NCBI GenBank assembly: GCA_900617105.1
Contig: UYFQ01000005.1
Coordinates: 124,001 to 188,000, forward strand
Length of the DNA: 64,000 nucleotides
Direction of reading: 5' to 3'
Source: Hydrurus foetidus
Lineage: Eukaryota
The position numbers were made by a program, and so were the translations under genes. How positions within the stretch are numbered: position 1 is the stretch's first letter; each line of letters opens with the position of its first letter. This document shows, in pieces, positions 33,723-43,957 of the stretch. The notes beneath the pieces are model-generated. The model saw nothing but the letters and a program-made list of their open reading frames with translations, had not been told where the DNA came from and made no database searches.

Positions 33723-35286
33723 GGGCTACAGCCTCCTTGTGAATTTGCGTTGCTGTCCATGCCGTGGAATCGCTAGCTGCATCCCACAGCCCCGACATCC
33801 ATTCGCCAATCTGTGGCACCGTGGCCTTGTCCCGCGCCACTGAAGGCGACAACTGCCCCTTGGCGATCACATACAGGCGGTCGGATACTTCGAACAACTC
33901 GTCCAGCTCTTCGCTGACCACCAGCACGGCGCAACCGGCATCGCGCAGCGCCAAAATTGCGCCACGAATTTGCGCCGCTGCGCCCACGTCCACCCCCCAA
34001 GTGGGCTGAGAGACGATCAGCAGCTTGGGGGCCGCGTCAATCTCGCGCCCCACGATGAACTTTTGCAGATTACCGCCTGAGAGCGATTTGGCAGGCGCAT
34101 TCGGGCCACCGGCCTTCACGTTGAAGCGCTCGATGATGGCAGCGGCTTGGGCTTCCATCGCTTTGATGTTGAGCCAACCGCCCCGCCCTACCGCGTTGTC
34201 GCGGGTCAGCAGCAGGTTGTGCGCGAGACCCAAGAGCGGCACCGCCCCCCGGCCCAAGCGCTCTTCGGGCACAAACTGCAAACCCAAATCTCGCCGTGCG
34301 CGTGGCCCCAACTTGCCTACAGGCTGGCCAAAAATTTGCACCATGCCGGGTGCAGCGCGGGTGTCTTCGCCCGACAAACTGTAGAGCAGCTCGCGCTGGC
34401 CGTTGCCCGACACCCCGGCGATACCCACCACCTCGCCCGCCCGCACATCCAGCGTGATGCCGTCCAGCGTGACACCGAACTGGTCTTCTTTTTCCAGCGA
34501 CAAGCCCTGCACGCTGAGCACCACATCACCCGTTTGAGAGGTCTTGTGGACGAGCGCTGGCGGCTCAGCACCGATCATCAAGCGGCTGAGCGAGGCATTG
34601 GTTTCTTGGCGAGGATCGCACACGCCGGTGAGCTTGCCCGCACGCAGCACCGTGCAAGCGCTGCACAACTCGCGAATTTCGTGCAGCTTGTGGCTGATAT
34701 AGAGGATGCTGCAACCCTCGCTGACCAGTTGCTTCAGCACAATGAAAAGCTTCTCCACCGCCTGCGGGGTCAGCACCGAGGTGGGCTCGTCCAGGATCAA
34801 CAGCTTGGGGTTGGTCAGCAGGGCGCGGATGATTTCTACCCGCTGCATCTCGCCCACACTCAGGGTGTGTACCGGGCGGCTGGGGTCAATGTCCAGCCCG
34901 TACTGGGTGGCTTTGGCGACGATGCTTTGGGTGACGTGCGGCAGGGTGAGTGATTTGTCCAGCCCCAACCACACGTTTTCGGCTACGGTGAGTGTGTCAA
35001 ACAGGCTGAAATGCTGGAACACCATGCTGATACCCAGCGCCCGCGCCTCTTGCGGATTGCGGATAGCCACCAGCTGGCCGTTGTAGCTGACCGTGCCCTC
35101 ATCGGGCTTGACCGAGCCGTAGATGATTTTCATCAGTGTCGATTTGCCCGCGCCGTTTTCGCCCAACACAGCATGGGCCTCACCGGGGGCGACGGTGAGA
35201 GAGACATTGCTATTGGCAATGACCGAGGGGTAACGCTTGGTGATGCCACTCAGTTGCAAGCGAGGATGCAGGGCAGGAGCAGTCAT
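33715..35286 (-). CDS. Nucleoside-type ABC transporter ATP-binding protein (two ABC domains)
   Basis: GENGAGKST, ILDEPT, LSGGNLQK, QPTWGVD. Confidence 0.95.
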   Translation of the reverse strand: MTAPALHPRLQLSGITKRYPSVIANSNVSLTVAPGEAHAVLGENGAGKSTLMKIIYGSVKPDEGTVSYNGQLVAIRNPQEARALGISMVFQHFSLFDTLTVAENVWLGLDKSLTLPHVTQSIVAKATQYGLDIDPSRPVHTLSVGEMQRVEIIRALLTNPKLLILDEPTSVLTPQAVEKLFIVLKQLVSEGCSILYISHKLHEIRELCSACTVLRAGKLTGVCDPRQETNASLSRLMIGAEPPALVHKTSQTGDVVLSVQGLSLEKEDQFGVTLDGITLDVRAGEVVGIAGVSGNGQRELLYSLSGEDTRAAPGMVQIFGQPVGKLGPRARRDLGLQFVPEERLGRGAVPLLGLAHNLLLTRDNAVGRGGWLNIKAMEAQAAAIIERFNVKAGGPNAPAKSLSGGNLQKFIVGREIDAAPKLLIVSQPTWGVDVGAAAQIRGAILALRDAGCAVLVVSEELDELFEVSDRLYVIAKGQLSPSVARDKATVPQIGEWMSGLWDAASDSTAWTATQIHKEAVAHV

Positions 35287-35335
35287 GTCTGGCGAGTCTC
35301 TTTTGGGGTGTGCTTAACTGGCATGGATGAAGGTA

Positions 35336-36295
35336 TCACAGCGCTGCAGCTACGGCCTTGATGCGTTCGCGCAACCACCGCGCTGCACTGGAGGTGTGCG
35401 TGCGCTCGTGCCACAGCTGGTAATAGTGCATACGGGGGAACACGACGGGGCATTTCAAAATCCTTAAAACACTGAGGTCGATGCCCGCTGGCGTACCCGC
35501 AGGGGTCAGCGCATTCACATAACGGGCACAAAACTGACTGCTTGTGGTGAGCACCAGCAAGCTCGATGCCACCATGGCAGGCATCAGCCCAAAATGGGCA
35601 CAACGGGCCGTGATATTGCGCTTCAAACCCATGGATTCCAGATGGTCATCAATCACCCCACGGGCACCGGGGTGCGTGGGTGTAGGTGCAATATGCTCGG
35701 CCTCCAGCCATCCTGCAACGTCCCAGCCACGCCGCACTGCCGGGTGTTCACGACTGATCAGGCTGACGACATCGTCTTCAAACAAACGCCCCAGGTGCAA
35801 GTCCTCTGCCGCATGGAGCCAGTTGCCGATCACCACATCAACATCGCCTTGTGCCAGACGCGCTTGGTAGTCAGAATTGGCCGACAGCGGGTGAATTTCA
35901 ATCTGGCACAGCGGTGCCAAGGTTTTTATTTGACTGACCAGCTGTGGCAGAAAGAGGGGATCGAGATAATCGGCAGCGGCCACACGAAAGGTCTGACGCG
36001 AGGTTTTAGCATCAAACCCCCTGGCATCAGAAAACAGCACTTCAGCGGCACGAAGAATGCTGGCAGCAGGCTCGACCATCTGCACTGCCGCCTCCGTGGG
36101 CACCATAGTGGAACCTGAACGCACCAAAAGCGGGTCGCCAGCCAAGTTCCGCAAACGCTTAAGCGAAGCGGAAACGGAAGGTTGGTGCATCCCAAGACGG
36201 ATGGCGGCACGAGAGACACTGCGTTCAGTCAACACGGTATGCAAGACCCTGATTAAGTGGAGGTCTATCTTGTCGAAAAGTGCTTGATTTCTCAT
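35336..36295 (-). CDS. LysR-family regulator divergent from xdhAB
   Basis: IDLHLIRVL..SVSRAA..QPSVSASLKRLR..DPLLVR. Confidence 0.93.
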   Translation of the reverse strand: MRNQALFDKIDLHLIRVLHTVLTERSVSRAAIRLGMHQPSVSASLKRLRNLAGDPLLVRSGSTMVPTEAAVQMVEPAASILRAAEVLFSDARGFDAKTSRQTFRVAAADYLDPLFLPQLVSQIKTLAPLCQIEIHPLSANSDYQARLAQGDVDVVIGNWLHAAEDLHLGRLFEDDVVSLISREHPAVRRGWDVAGWLEAEHIAPTPTHPGARGVIDDHLESMGLKRNITARCAHFGLMPAMVASSLLVLTTSSQFCARYVNALTPAGTPAGIDLSVLRILKCPVVFPRMHYYQLWHERTHTSSAARWLRERIKAVAAAL

Positions 36296-36412
36296 ACCGG
36301 TAGTTGCATTCTTGTTATAGGCGGATGCTTATGCTGCAAAGCCCCAGTGGGGTTTAGGCTGTAGAAACCTACAAATTGCTAAAGATTAAATTTCAAACTA
36401 AGCCACGGGTTC

Positions 36413-37918
36413 ATGAACACACAAACTCTCAAATTCATCCGGCGCGGCGAGTTGGTCTCGCTTTCCAATGTACCACCCGACCACACGCTTTTGGACTTAC
36501 TTCGGGAAGACCTGGGGTGTACCGGCACGAAAGAAGGGTGTGGTGAAGGCGACTGCGGCGCATGCACCGTGGTGCTGGGCGAGGCAAGCGCTGACGGACG
36601 CCAAGTCAACTTCCGCGCCATCAACAGCTGCATCCGCTTGGCCCATTCGATCAACGGCATGGCCTTGTGGACTGTGGAAGACCTTGCTGCGCCTGATGGC
36701 ACGCCCCACCCGGTGCAGCAAACGATGGTGCAGTGCCACGCCAGCCAGTGCGGGTTTTGCACGCCGGGCTTTGTGATGAGCTTGTTCGGCACCTACCAAA
36801 ACCACGTCTGCAAGGACAAGCCCGTGACACGCGAACTGGCGCAAACCGAGCTGTCAGGCAACCTGTGCCGCTGCACCGGCTACCGGCCCATTTTTGACGC
36901 AGCGCAGGCAATGGCTGACTTGCCACGGGTGCAGGTTGACGAAGCAGAATTGCTACAAAAACTGAAGCTGCTCACGCAGACAGAATATGCGGTTGAGGCT
37001 GATTTATCACCTGAATCAACACCTCAACCCACCTACCAAGCCCCCACCACCCTGCCCGGCTTGCTCGCCGCCCGCGTCGCCCACCCCGAGGCCCAACTGG
37101 TTGCCGGATGCACCGATGTGGGCCTGTGGGTAACGAAGCAGCACAAGCAGTTCACCCGTGTGTTGGACGTGACCCGCGTTACCGAGTTGCGCCGCATTGA
37201 ACAACACCCGCAGCACATCGCCATCGGGGCTGCTGTCACGTTGAACGATGCCTTCGCCGCGTTGGTCGCAGAGCGCCCTCAGCTCCAAACCTTCGCCCAC
37301 CGTTTCGCGGGCCTGCCGGTGCGCAACTCAGGGACGTTGGGCGGCAACGTGGCGAACGGCTCACCGATTGGCGACTCGATGCCGCTGCTGATCGCGCTGG
37401 GGGCGACGGTGGTGCTGATGAGCATGCGTGGAGGGGAAGTCACTGAGCGAGAGATGCCGCTGGAGGCGCTCTACACCGGGTACCGGCAAAACGTGATGGC
37501 CAAAGACGAGTTGCTGGCGTGGATCAAGGTGCCACGGCCCTTGCCGGGTGAAAACCTCAAGGTCTACAAAATCTCCAAGCGCTTCGACGACGACATCTCC
37601 GCTGTCTGCCTCGCCATCCGCTTGCACATCCACGACGGCACCATCACCTCCGCGTCAATAGGCGCAGGGGGTGTGGCCGCAGTGCCTGCACGCGCTATCA
37701 AAACAGAAGCTGCTCTAGCAGGTAAAGCTTACTCCAAAGCCACTGTAGATGCAGCCATGCAGGTGCTGCGTGCTGAATTCCAACCTCTGTCTGACATGCG
37801 AGCCTCTGCCGCTTACCGCACGCAGGTGCTGGGCAATTTGCTGCAACGCTACTGGCTGGAAAGCCAAGGCGTTGCGCAGATCAATCTGGACAACTTCACG
37901 CTGAAAGAGCTGGCATGA
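36413..37918 (+). CDS. xdhA: Xanthine dehydrogenase small subunit (2Fe-2S/FAD)
   Basis: GTKEGCGEGDCGAC, SQCGFCTPGF, GNLCRCTGY, YKISKRFDDDIS. Confidence 0.96.
   Translation: MNTQTLKFIRRGELVSLSNVPPDHTLLDLLREDLGCTGTKEGCGEGDCGACTVVLGEASADGRQVNFRAINSCIRLAHSINGMALWTVEDLAAPDGTPHPVQQTMVQCHASQCGFCTPGFVMSLFGTYQNHVCKDKPVTRELAQTELSGNLCRCTGYRPIFDAAQAMADLPRVQVDEAELLQKLKLLTQTEYAVEADLSPESTPQPTYQAPTTLPGLLAARVAHPEAQLVAGCTDVGLWVTKQHKQFTRVLDVTRVTELRRIEQHPQHIAIGAAVTLNDAFAALVAERPQLQTFAHRFAGLPVRNSGTLGGNVANGSPIGDSMPLLIALGATVVLMSMRGGEVTEREMPLEALYTGYRQNVMAKDELLAWIKVPRPLPGENLKVYKISKRFDDDISAVCLAIRLHIHDGTITSASIGAGGVAAVPARAIKTEAALAGKAYSKATVDAAMQVLRAEFQPLSDMRASAAYRTQVLGNLLQRYWLESQGVAQINLDNFTLKELA
36951..36999 (+). repeat. 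Dispersed motif copy (in xdhA)
   Basis: TGCTACAAAAACTGA AGC TGCTCAC GC AGACAGAATAT GC GGTTG AGGC. Confidence 0.85.
37693..37741 (+). repeat. Dispersed motif copy (in xdhA)
   Basis: CGCTATCAAAACAGA AGC TGCTCTA GC AGGTAAAGCTT AC TCCAA AGCC. Confidence 0.8.
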
Positions 37919-40266
37919 ACACCACAACAGCCTCTTCAACAGCCCCTGCCCCAGCCGTTTCAGCAAGCCCCGCAGCAGGCCAATCCCGCCCGCACGAAAG
38001 CGCCCGCGCCCAAGTCGCCGGGGCTGCCACCTACATCGACGACATCCCCGAGGTCAAAGGCACGCTGTACGCCGCGCCCATCCTCGCAACAGTCGCCCAC
38101 GGGCGGCTGCGGGGTGTGGACACCAGCGCCGCGCGGGCCATGCCCGGTGTGCGCGGCGTGATCGTGTCCAGCGACATCCCCGGCGACCCCATCCTCGCCA
38201 GCTTCTCGCACGACGAACCCATCTTTGCCACCACGCTGGTCGAACACATCGGCCAAGTCATCGGCGTGGTGGTGGCAGATTCGGTGATGGCGGCGCGGCG
38301 TGCTGCGCGGCTGGTCTTGCTCGACATCGAAGCCCTGCCCGCCATCCTCACCGTGCAAGACGCATTGAAGGCGCAAAACTACGTGCTGCCCCCCGTCACC
38401 GTCACCCGAGGCGACGCGGTGGCTGCGATGCAAACCTCCCCACACACGCTGACAGGCACGCTCGAAGTCGGCGGCCAAGAGCACTTCTACCTGGAAGGCC
38501 AAGTCGCCTACGTGCTGCCCCAAGAGCAAAACCAGTGGCGCGTCTACAGCAGCACCCAGCACCCCGGCGAAACCCAGCACTGGGTGGCGCACGCGCTGGG
38601 CTTGCCCGTCAATGCCATCACCGTCGAATGCCGCCGCATGGGCGGGGGCTTTGGTGGCAAAGAAACCCAAAGCGGCCACATGGCGGTATGGGCCGCGGTG
38701 GCGGCGAACAAACTCAAATGCCCCGTCAAACTGCGCCTAGACCGCGACGATGATTTCATGGTCACAGGCAAGCGCCACCCCTTCTTTTACGACTACACCG
38801 TGGGCTTTGACGACACGGGCCGCATCACCGCCCTGCAACTGATGATGGCAGCCAACTGCGGCTTCAGCGCCGATTTGAGCGGCCCGGTGGCCGACCGCGC
38901 CATCTTCCACGCCGACAACGGCTACTACCTGAGCGACGTGGCCATCACTTCGTACCGCTGCAAACTCAACACCCAAAGCCACACCGCCTTCCGAGGCTTC
39001 GGCGGGCCGCAGGGGATGATCGTCACCGAAGCCATCATCGGCAACATCGCCCGCCAGCTCGGCCTGGACGCGCTGGACGTGCGCCAACGCAATCTCTACG
39101 GCACCCCGGAGCACGAACCCGAGCGCAGCACCACCCACTACGGCATGGCGGTGGAAGACAACATCCTGCCACAATTGCTATCAAAATTAGAGCTGTCTGC
39201 GCAGTATCGAGAAAGGCGAGAGGCCATAAAGGCTTGGAACAAGACCAGCCCCGTCATCCAGCGCGGCATCGCCATCACCCCGGTCAAATTCGGCATCAGC
39301 TTCACCGCCACACTGTTCAACCAAGCCGGGGCGCTGGTGCATGTCTACACCGATGGCAGCGTGCAGGTGAACCACGGCGGCACCGAGATGGGCCAAGGCT
39401 TGAACACCAAAATCGCCCAAATCGTGGCCGATGAACTCGGGGTGCCCTTCGAGCGCGTGCAGTCCACCGCCAGCGACACCAGCAAAATCCCCAACGCTTC
39501 GGCCACCGCCGCGTCTGCTGGCACCGATTTGAATGGTCGCGCCGCCCAGTTCGCCGCCCGCCACGTGCGCGACAACCTGGCCGCATTCGTCTGCGGGCTG
39601 GACGCTTGCGGTGCAGGTGCCGTGCGCTTTGCCGGTGGGCAGGTCATCACGCCAACGCGCACGCGCAGCTTTGACGAGGTGGTGGCAGCGGCCTACGCCA
39701 ACCGCATCCAGCTGTGGAGCGACGGCTTTTACCGCACACCCAAAATCCACTACGACAAAACCACCCTGACCGGCCGCCCGTTCTACTACTTCGCCTACGG
39801 CGCCGCCTGCACCGAAGTCGCCATCGACACGCTGACAGGCGAGAGCCGGGTGCTGAAGGTGGACATCCTGCACGACGTAGGCACCAGCATCAACCCCGCT
39901 ATCGACATCGGTCAAATCGAAGGCGGCTTCGTGCAGGGCATGGGCTGGTTGACGACAGAGGAGCTGGTCTGGAACGCCAAAGGCCACCTTTCCACCCACG
40001 CCCCAAGTACCTACAAAATCCCAGCAACGGGGGACATCCCCGCGCACTTCAAAGTCGATCTGTGGCCCGAGCCGAACCGCGAAGACAACGTGTTCGGCTC
40101 CAAAGCCGTGGGCGAGCCACCGTTCATGCTGGCGATCAGCGTGTTCGAGGCGCTGCGGGATGCGGTCGCAGGTGTGACTGGGGCGGTACAGCCGGGGTTG
40201 AATGCGCCTGCTACGGGGGAGCGGGTGTTAGGGGCGTTGGGGGCGTTGGGGGCGTTGGGGATTTGA
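37915..40266 (+). CDS. xdhB: Xanthine dehydrogenase molybdopterin-binding subunit
   Basis: GQEHFYLE, RMGGGFGGKE, TAFRGFGGPQG, GGTEMGQG, SKAVGEPP. Confidence 0.96.
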   Translation: MNTTTASSTAPAPAVSASPAAGQSRPHESARAQVAGAATYIDDIPEVKGTLYAAPILATVAHGRLRGVDTSAARAMPGVRGVIVSSDIPGDPILASFSHDEPIFATTLVEHIGQVIGVVVADSVMAARRAARLVLLDIEALPAILTVQDALKAQNYVLPPVTVTRGDAVAAMQTSPHTLTGTLEVGGQEHFYLEGQVAYVLPQEQNQWRVYSSTQHPGETQHWVAHALGLPVNAITVECRRMGGGFGGKETQSGHMAVWAAVAANKLKCPVKLRLDRDDDFMVTGKRHPFFYDYTVGFDDTGRITALQLMMAANCGFSADLSGPVADRAIFHADNGYYLSDVAITSYRCKLNTQSHTAFRGFGGPQGMIVTEAIIGNIARQLGLDALDVRQRNLYGTPEHEPERSTTHYGMAVEDNILPQLLSKLELSAQYRERREAIKAWNKTSPVIQRGIAITPVKFGISFTATLFNQAGALVHVYTDGSVQVNHGGTEMGQGLNTKIAQIVADELGVPFERVQSTASDTSKIPNASATAASAGTDLNGRAAQFAARHVRDNLAAFVCGLDACGAGAVRFAGGQVITPTRTRSFDEVVAAAYANRIQLWSDGFYRTPKIHYDKTTLTGRPFYYFAYGAACTEVAIDTLTGESRVLKVDILHDVGTSINPAIDIGQIEGGFVQGMGWLTTEELVWNAKGHLSTHAPSTYKIPATGDIPAHFKVDLWPEPNREDNVFGSKAVGEPPFMLAISVFEALRDAVAGVTGAVQPGLNAPATGERVLGALGALGALGI
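39176..39224 (+). repeat. Dispersed motif copy (in xdhB)
   Basis: TGCTATCAAAATTAG AGC TGTCTGC GC AGTATCGAGAA AG GCGAG AGGC. Confidence 0.85.
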
Positions 40267-40359
40267 AGCCTTGGATGAAACCGCACCCGATCAACCCTGG
40301 GCCGAATTCGCTATCATTCCTTAGATTTCATAGCGACTTACCCACTTCAGCCCATCCAA

Positions 40360-41373
40360 ATGTCCGAGCTCAGCTTTAGTCAACACGTTTTCCCAGACGC
40401 GGATCGTCTCTGGCTTCAGGCCGCTGCAGCGGAACGGCCTTTCGATCCACGTGCAGCGAAGGCGCGGCTATACGGAAAGCTGCCACTTGACTTCAATCCT
40501 CACACGGTCGACCAGCGTTTCTATCGAGATGACCGCCTAACTCTTCTGGGCATCCGCGTCTTCCGCCCGGAGGATCCTATTTTTCCGGCGATTGACGAAC
40601 TTCTCCTTCGCCTTCGAGAGATGATCTTGGCCGATCCAACAATCGATACGCTCAGTGTTCAAGAGCTGACCACGCTGACAGGTCAATCTGAGTCTCTTCT
40701 CCGACACGCAATCAACTTTCTATCAACGATTGGCTCGTTCTTCTCCGGCCACTCAGCGAGTCCCACTGGAGAAACAGAGCGGGTGTGGTTCACCGGATCA
40801 ACTGGCTTCGATGCCATTCTTCGATACAACAACATCGACTCTCTGCTTCAAGAGTGGTACGAGAGAAGTGATCCGGCACGGCGAAGCTCCTTGTTTGACG
40901 ACCTCTTTTCCGCAATAAAGGAACCCGAGTCATTGCTGACGGCTCCCTTAGATCGCACGGCGGTTGTAAAGAGAAACACCGCGTTTGTCATCATGCCGAT
41001 CGATCCCAGCAAACCAGAGCTTGAGGACGTTTTGGTCGCGATAAAGGAAGTCTGCGCCACGTTCACTGTTAAGGCTTATCGAGCAGACGAGATTGAACAT
41101 CAGGATCGAATCACGAACGTAATACTCGACGAAATACGAGACTGCGACGTGCTTATTGCCGACCTTAGCCATGAACGGCCAAACGTCTACTACGAGATCG
41201 GCTATGCACACGCTCTGAATAAGAAACCAATACTCTATCGGCGCCAAGGAACCCGACTTCACTTCGATCTGGCAGTTCACAACGTCCCCGAGTATCGCAA
41301 CGTGACAGAACTTCGCGAATTGCTTCGCAAGCGGCTAGAGGCAATTCTTGGTCGATTGCCAGGTGAAATCTAA
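40360..41373 (+). CDS. Hypothetical protein with C-terminal nucleoside 2-deoxyribosyltransferase-like domain
   Basis: AFVIMP..AYRADE..ILDEIRDCDVLIADLS..PNVYYEIGYAHALNK..FDL; atypical codon usage (many CGA/CTT). Confidence 0.75.
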   Translation: MSELSFSQHVFPDADRLWLQAAAAERPFDPRAAKARLYGKLPLDFNPHTVDQRFYRDDRLTLLGIRVFRPEDPIFPAIDELLLRLREMILADPTIDTLSVQELTTLTGQSESLLRHAINFLSTIGSFFSGHSASPTGETERVWFTGSTGFDAILRYNNIDSLLQEWYERSDPARRSSLFDDLFSAIKEPESLLTAPLDRTAVVKRNTAFVIMPIDPSKPELEDVLVAIKEVCATFTVKAYRADEIEHQDRITNVILDEIRDCDVLIADLSHERPNVYYEIGYAHALNKKPILYRRQGTRLHFDLAVHNVPEYRNVTELRELLRKRLEAILGRLPGEI

Positions 41374-41408
41374 CGCAGACAACTGGGTCAGGTATTGCAA
41401 TGAAAAAT

Positions 41409-41457
41409 TGCTATATTTTCAGTAGCTCACAGCGCATACCAAAAAAGCGCTAAAGCC
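41409..41457 (+). repeat. Dispersed motif copy (intergenic, closest to consensus)
   Basis: TGCTATATTTTCAGT AGC TCACAGC GC ATACCAAAAAA GC GCTAA AGCC. Confidence 0.88.
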
Positions 41458-41468
41458 CTTTTGCATTG

Positions 41469-41512
41469 GAAATACCCAATATGGGCATGATGAAACCCAA
41501 TATGGGTATTTC
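41469..41512. promoter_or_regulatory. Operator-like repeats of a decayed wHTH-nucleotidyltransferase gene
   Basis: ACCCAATATGGG twice (41474-41485, 41495-41506) within outer inverted arms GAAATACCCA/TGGGTATTTC. Confidence 0.6.
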
Positions 41513-41720
41513 AACCACTCACCCTCCACCCACATCACTTGCCGATGCCCTTTTCCCCAAGGTGCGTAAGCGTGTGCTGGCGCGGTGCTGTTTGGCACGC
41601 CTGACCGCAGCTTCTAGGCCAACGAGGTGATCGCGCTGGCGCAGTCTGGGCTATGGCGAGCTGTTTGGCGCATTGGAAAGCAACAGCCCAAAATTTGGTT
41701 CATCGGAAACGAAGCGCAAT
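41487..41720 (+). pseudogene. Collapsed pseudogene of a wHTH + minimal nucleotidyltransferase (MNT-type antitoxin-like) protein
   Basis: Pieces SLADALFPKVRKRVLA / frameshift / VLFGTPDRSF*ANEVIALAQSG / YGELFGALES / QPKIWFIGNE resemble the N-terminal, middle and C-terminal parts of this family (from recall). Confidence 0.7.
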
Positions 41721-41749
41721 GCCGTGCACCCAGCGCTTGAGGGCCGGGT

Positions 41750-42892
41750 TCAAACCCCCACCGGCACCACCTCAGCCAGTGCCCGCTCCAGCTGCCCCAC
41801 GGTACGTGCCACGTCGTGCCATTTCTCCAGCCCAAACAAGCCCAGCCGGAAGGTGCGGAAGTCTGCTGGTTCGTCGCATTGCAGGGGTACACCCGCAGCG
41901 GTTTGCAGGCCAGCGGCCAGGAATTTTTTGCTGGACTGGATGTCGGCATCGTCGGTGTAGCTGACCACCACGCCGGGGGCTTGGAAGCCTGGGGCGGCTA
42001 CGCTGGCAAAGCCGTGGTCTTCGAGCAGGGCGCGGACTTGGCGGCCCAGTTCGATTTGCTCTTCGCGCACTTTGGCGAAACCGTAGGCTTGGGTTTCTTG
42101 CATGGTGTCGCGCAGACGCAGCAGGGCATCGGTGGGCAGGGTGGTGTGGTAGGCGTGGCCGCCCTGTTCGTAGGTTTCCATGATGGCTAGCCACTTGCGT
42201 AAATCCATCGCGAAGGTGCTGCTTTGGGTGCTGTCGATGGCGGTGCGGGCACGCTCGCTGAGCATGACCATTGCGCAGCAGGGTGAGCTGCTCCAGCCTT
42301 TTTGCGGGGCGCTGATGAGCACGTCCACACCCGTCGCCCGCATGTCCACCCAGACGGCACCGGACGCGATGCAGTCGAGCACCAGCAGGCCGCCGACGGC
42401 ATGTACTGCGTCGGCCAGCGCTTTGAGATAACCATCGGGCAAGATCATGCCGGCCGCTGTTTCCACGTGGGGGGCGAAGACGACGGCGGGGCGCTCGCGG
42501 GTGATGGTGGCTACGGCTTCTTCGATGGGGACGGGGGCCCAGGGGGACGTCGCGCTGGTGGTGTCGGCACGCCGGGCCTTCAGGACGGTGTGCGAGCTGG
42601 GGATTTTCCCCATGTCAAAAATCTGCGTCCAGCGGTAACTGAACCAGCCGTTGCGGATGACCAGCACATGCTTGTCGCCCGCGAATTGCCGCGCCACGGA
42701 TTCCATGCCAAACGTGCCGCTGCCCGGCACCAGTGCAACAGAATGGGCGGCGTAGACGGTTTTGAGCATGGCGGAGATGTCCTTCATCACGCCCTGAAAG
42801 CGTTTGGACATGTGGTTCAGCGCGCGGTCGGTGTAGACCACCGAAAACTCAAGCAGGCCATCGGGGTCGATGTGGGGAAGCAGTCCAGGCAT
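41750..42892 (-). CDS. Class V PLP-dependent aminotransferase (alanine-glyoxylate/serine-pyruvate-like)
   Basis: PGSGTFGME, PHVET, LDCIASG, SAPQKGW (PLP Lys). Start 42892. Confidence 0.9.
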   Translation of the reverse strand: MPGLLPHIDPDGLLEFSVVYTDRALNHMSKRFQGVMKDISAMLKTVYAAHSVALVPGSGTFGMESVARQFAGDKHVLVIRNGWFSYRWTQIFDMGKIPSSHTVLKARRADTTSATSPWAPVPIEEAVATITRERPAVVFAPHVETAAGMILPDGYLKALADAVHAVGGLLVLDCIASGAVWVDMRATGVDVLISAPQKGWSSSPCCAMVMLSERARTAIDSTQSSTFAMDLRKWLAIMETYEQGGHAYHTTLPTDALLRLRDTMQETQAYGFAKVREEQIELGRQVRALLEDHGFASVAAPGFQAPGVVVSYTDDADIQSSKKFLAAGLQTAAGVPLQCDEPADFRTFRLGLFGLEKWHDVARTVGQLERALAEVVPVGV

Positions 42893-42993
42893 GGTGTCTC
42901 CTAAAGGAAGCCGCCAAACGCTGGCGGGAAGAAAGAATATACAGTCATGCGCATTCTCTTGTTTAATCATCCTTTGACTATTTTTTGACCATC

Positions 42994-43857
42994 ATGATGA
43001 AAACACCGGCTTCAAAACTGCGTACAGCGGCTGCGGCTGTGGGACTTCTGCTCAGTTTTTCAACAGCATGGGCGCAAAGCCCCCTTGTCATTGGAAAAAC
43101 CCAGGGCACTGCGTTGGCACACACGGCGGTGTCCAGCCCCGAGGTTATCGCCCGCGCTCAGGTGGCTTTGCCAGCGGGATTGACGCAATCAGCCGTGTTT
43201 TTCGGCAAGTGGCGCGATATGCCCTCAACGCTCAAGGGCAAAGCGCCTGTGGTGGTCTTTCTTCATGGCTCTTCGGGGTTGGGGCTCAAAGCCATCGAGG
43301 TATGGCAGCGCTGGCTGGCCGAAATGGGCGTGGCCAGTGTCGCGCCCGATTCTTTTGCACTGGCTGACCGCTTGACGTACACATCGCCCCTTGCCGATAA
43401 GGCCATTTACGAGCAAATCCACGCCTTGCGCAGCAGCGAAATTGTGCTGGCCGTCAAGGCGTTGCAAGATGCACCCTGGGCCGACACGAAGCATTTGGCT
43501 TTGGCAGGCACCAGCGAAGGCGCTGTGGCGGTGGCCCGTTACACGGGGGATGCGTTTGCGGCACGCATGGTGTACGCCTGGAGTTGCGAGGACAACTACT
43601 TTGTGGAGTCGCACCGCACCGCCATCCCGACTGAGCAACCTTTATTGAACATCATCAGCTTGGTTGATCCCTTTTTCTCATCGACCAACACTTGGCTTGG
43701 CAATGCAACACCCCGAGGCCATTGCGGGGACACGACCCGCACCTACAAAAATACCACGGTGGTCTTGCTGGGCAGCGCACCGCACACACTGCTGAACCTG
43801 CCTGCGGCGCAAAGTGCTACCGCTGAGTTTGTGCGGCAAACGCTGCTCAAGCCTTGA
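42994..43857 (+). CDS. Exported alpha/beta hydrolase (dienelactone hydrolase-like)
   Basis: Signal peptide (AWA|Q), FLHGSSG, GTSEG elbow, C-terminal His. Confidence 0.75.
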   Translation: MMKTPASKLRTAAAAVGLLLSFSTAWAQSPLVIGKTQGTALAHTAVSSPEVIARAQVALPAGLTQSAVFFGKWRDMPSTLKGKAPVVVFLHGSSGLGLKAIEVWQRWLAEMGVASVAPDSFALADRLTYTSPLADKAIYEQIHALRSSEIVLAVKALQDAPWADTKHLALAGTSEGAVAVARYTGDAFAARMVYAWSCEDNYFVESHRTAIPTEQPLLNIISLVDPFFSSTNTWLGNATPRGHCGDTTRTYKNTTVVLLGSAPHTLLNLPAAQSATAEFVRQTLLKP

Positions 43858-43957
43858 AGGTACAGCCTTGCGCATGAAGATGGGGAAACCCACGGGAATC
43901 GCTGAGGTGCTCGCTATTTGCCTGTGTTAACGTACAGCTTTTGTACCCAGGGAAACC

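Noticed and set aside
40231..40260. 9-bp tandem repeat (GGGGCGTTG x3) encoding GALGALGALG at the xdhB C-terminus
   Set aside because: In-frame slippage in a variable tail; no sign of phase variation.
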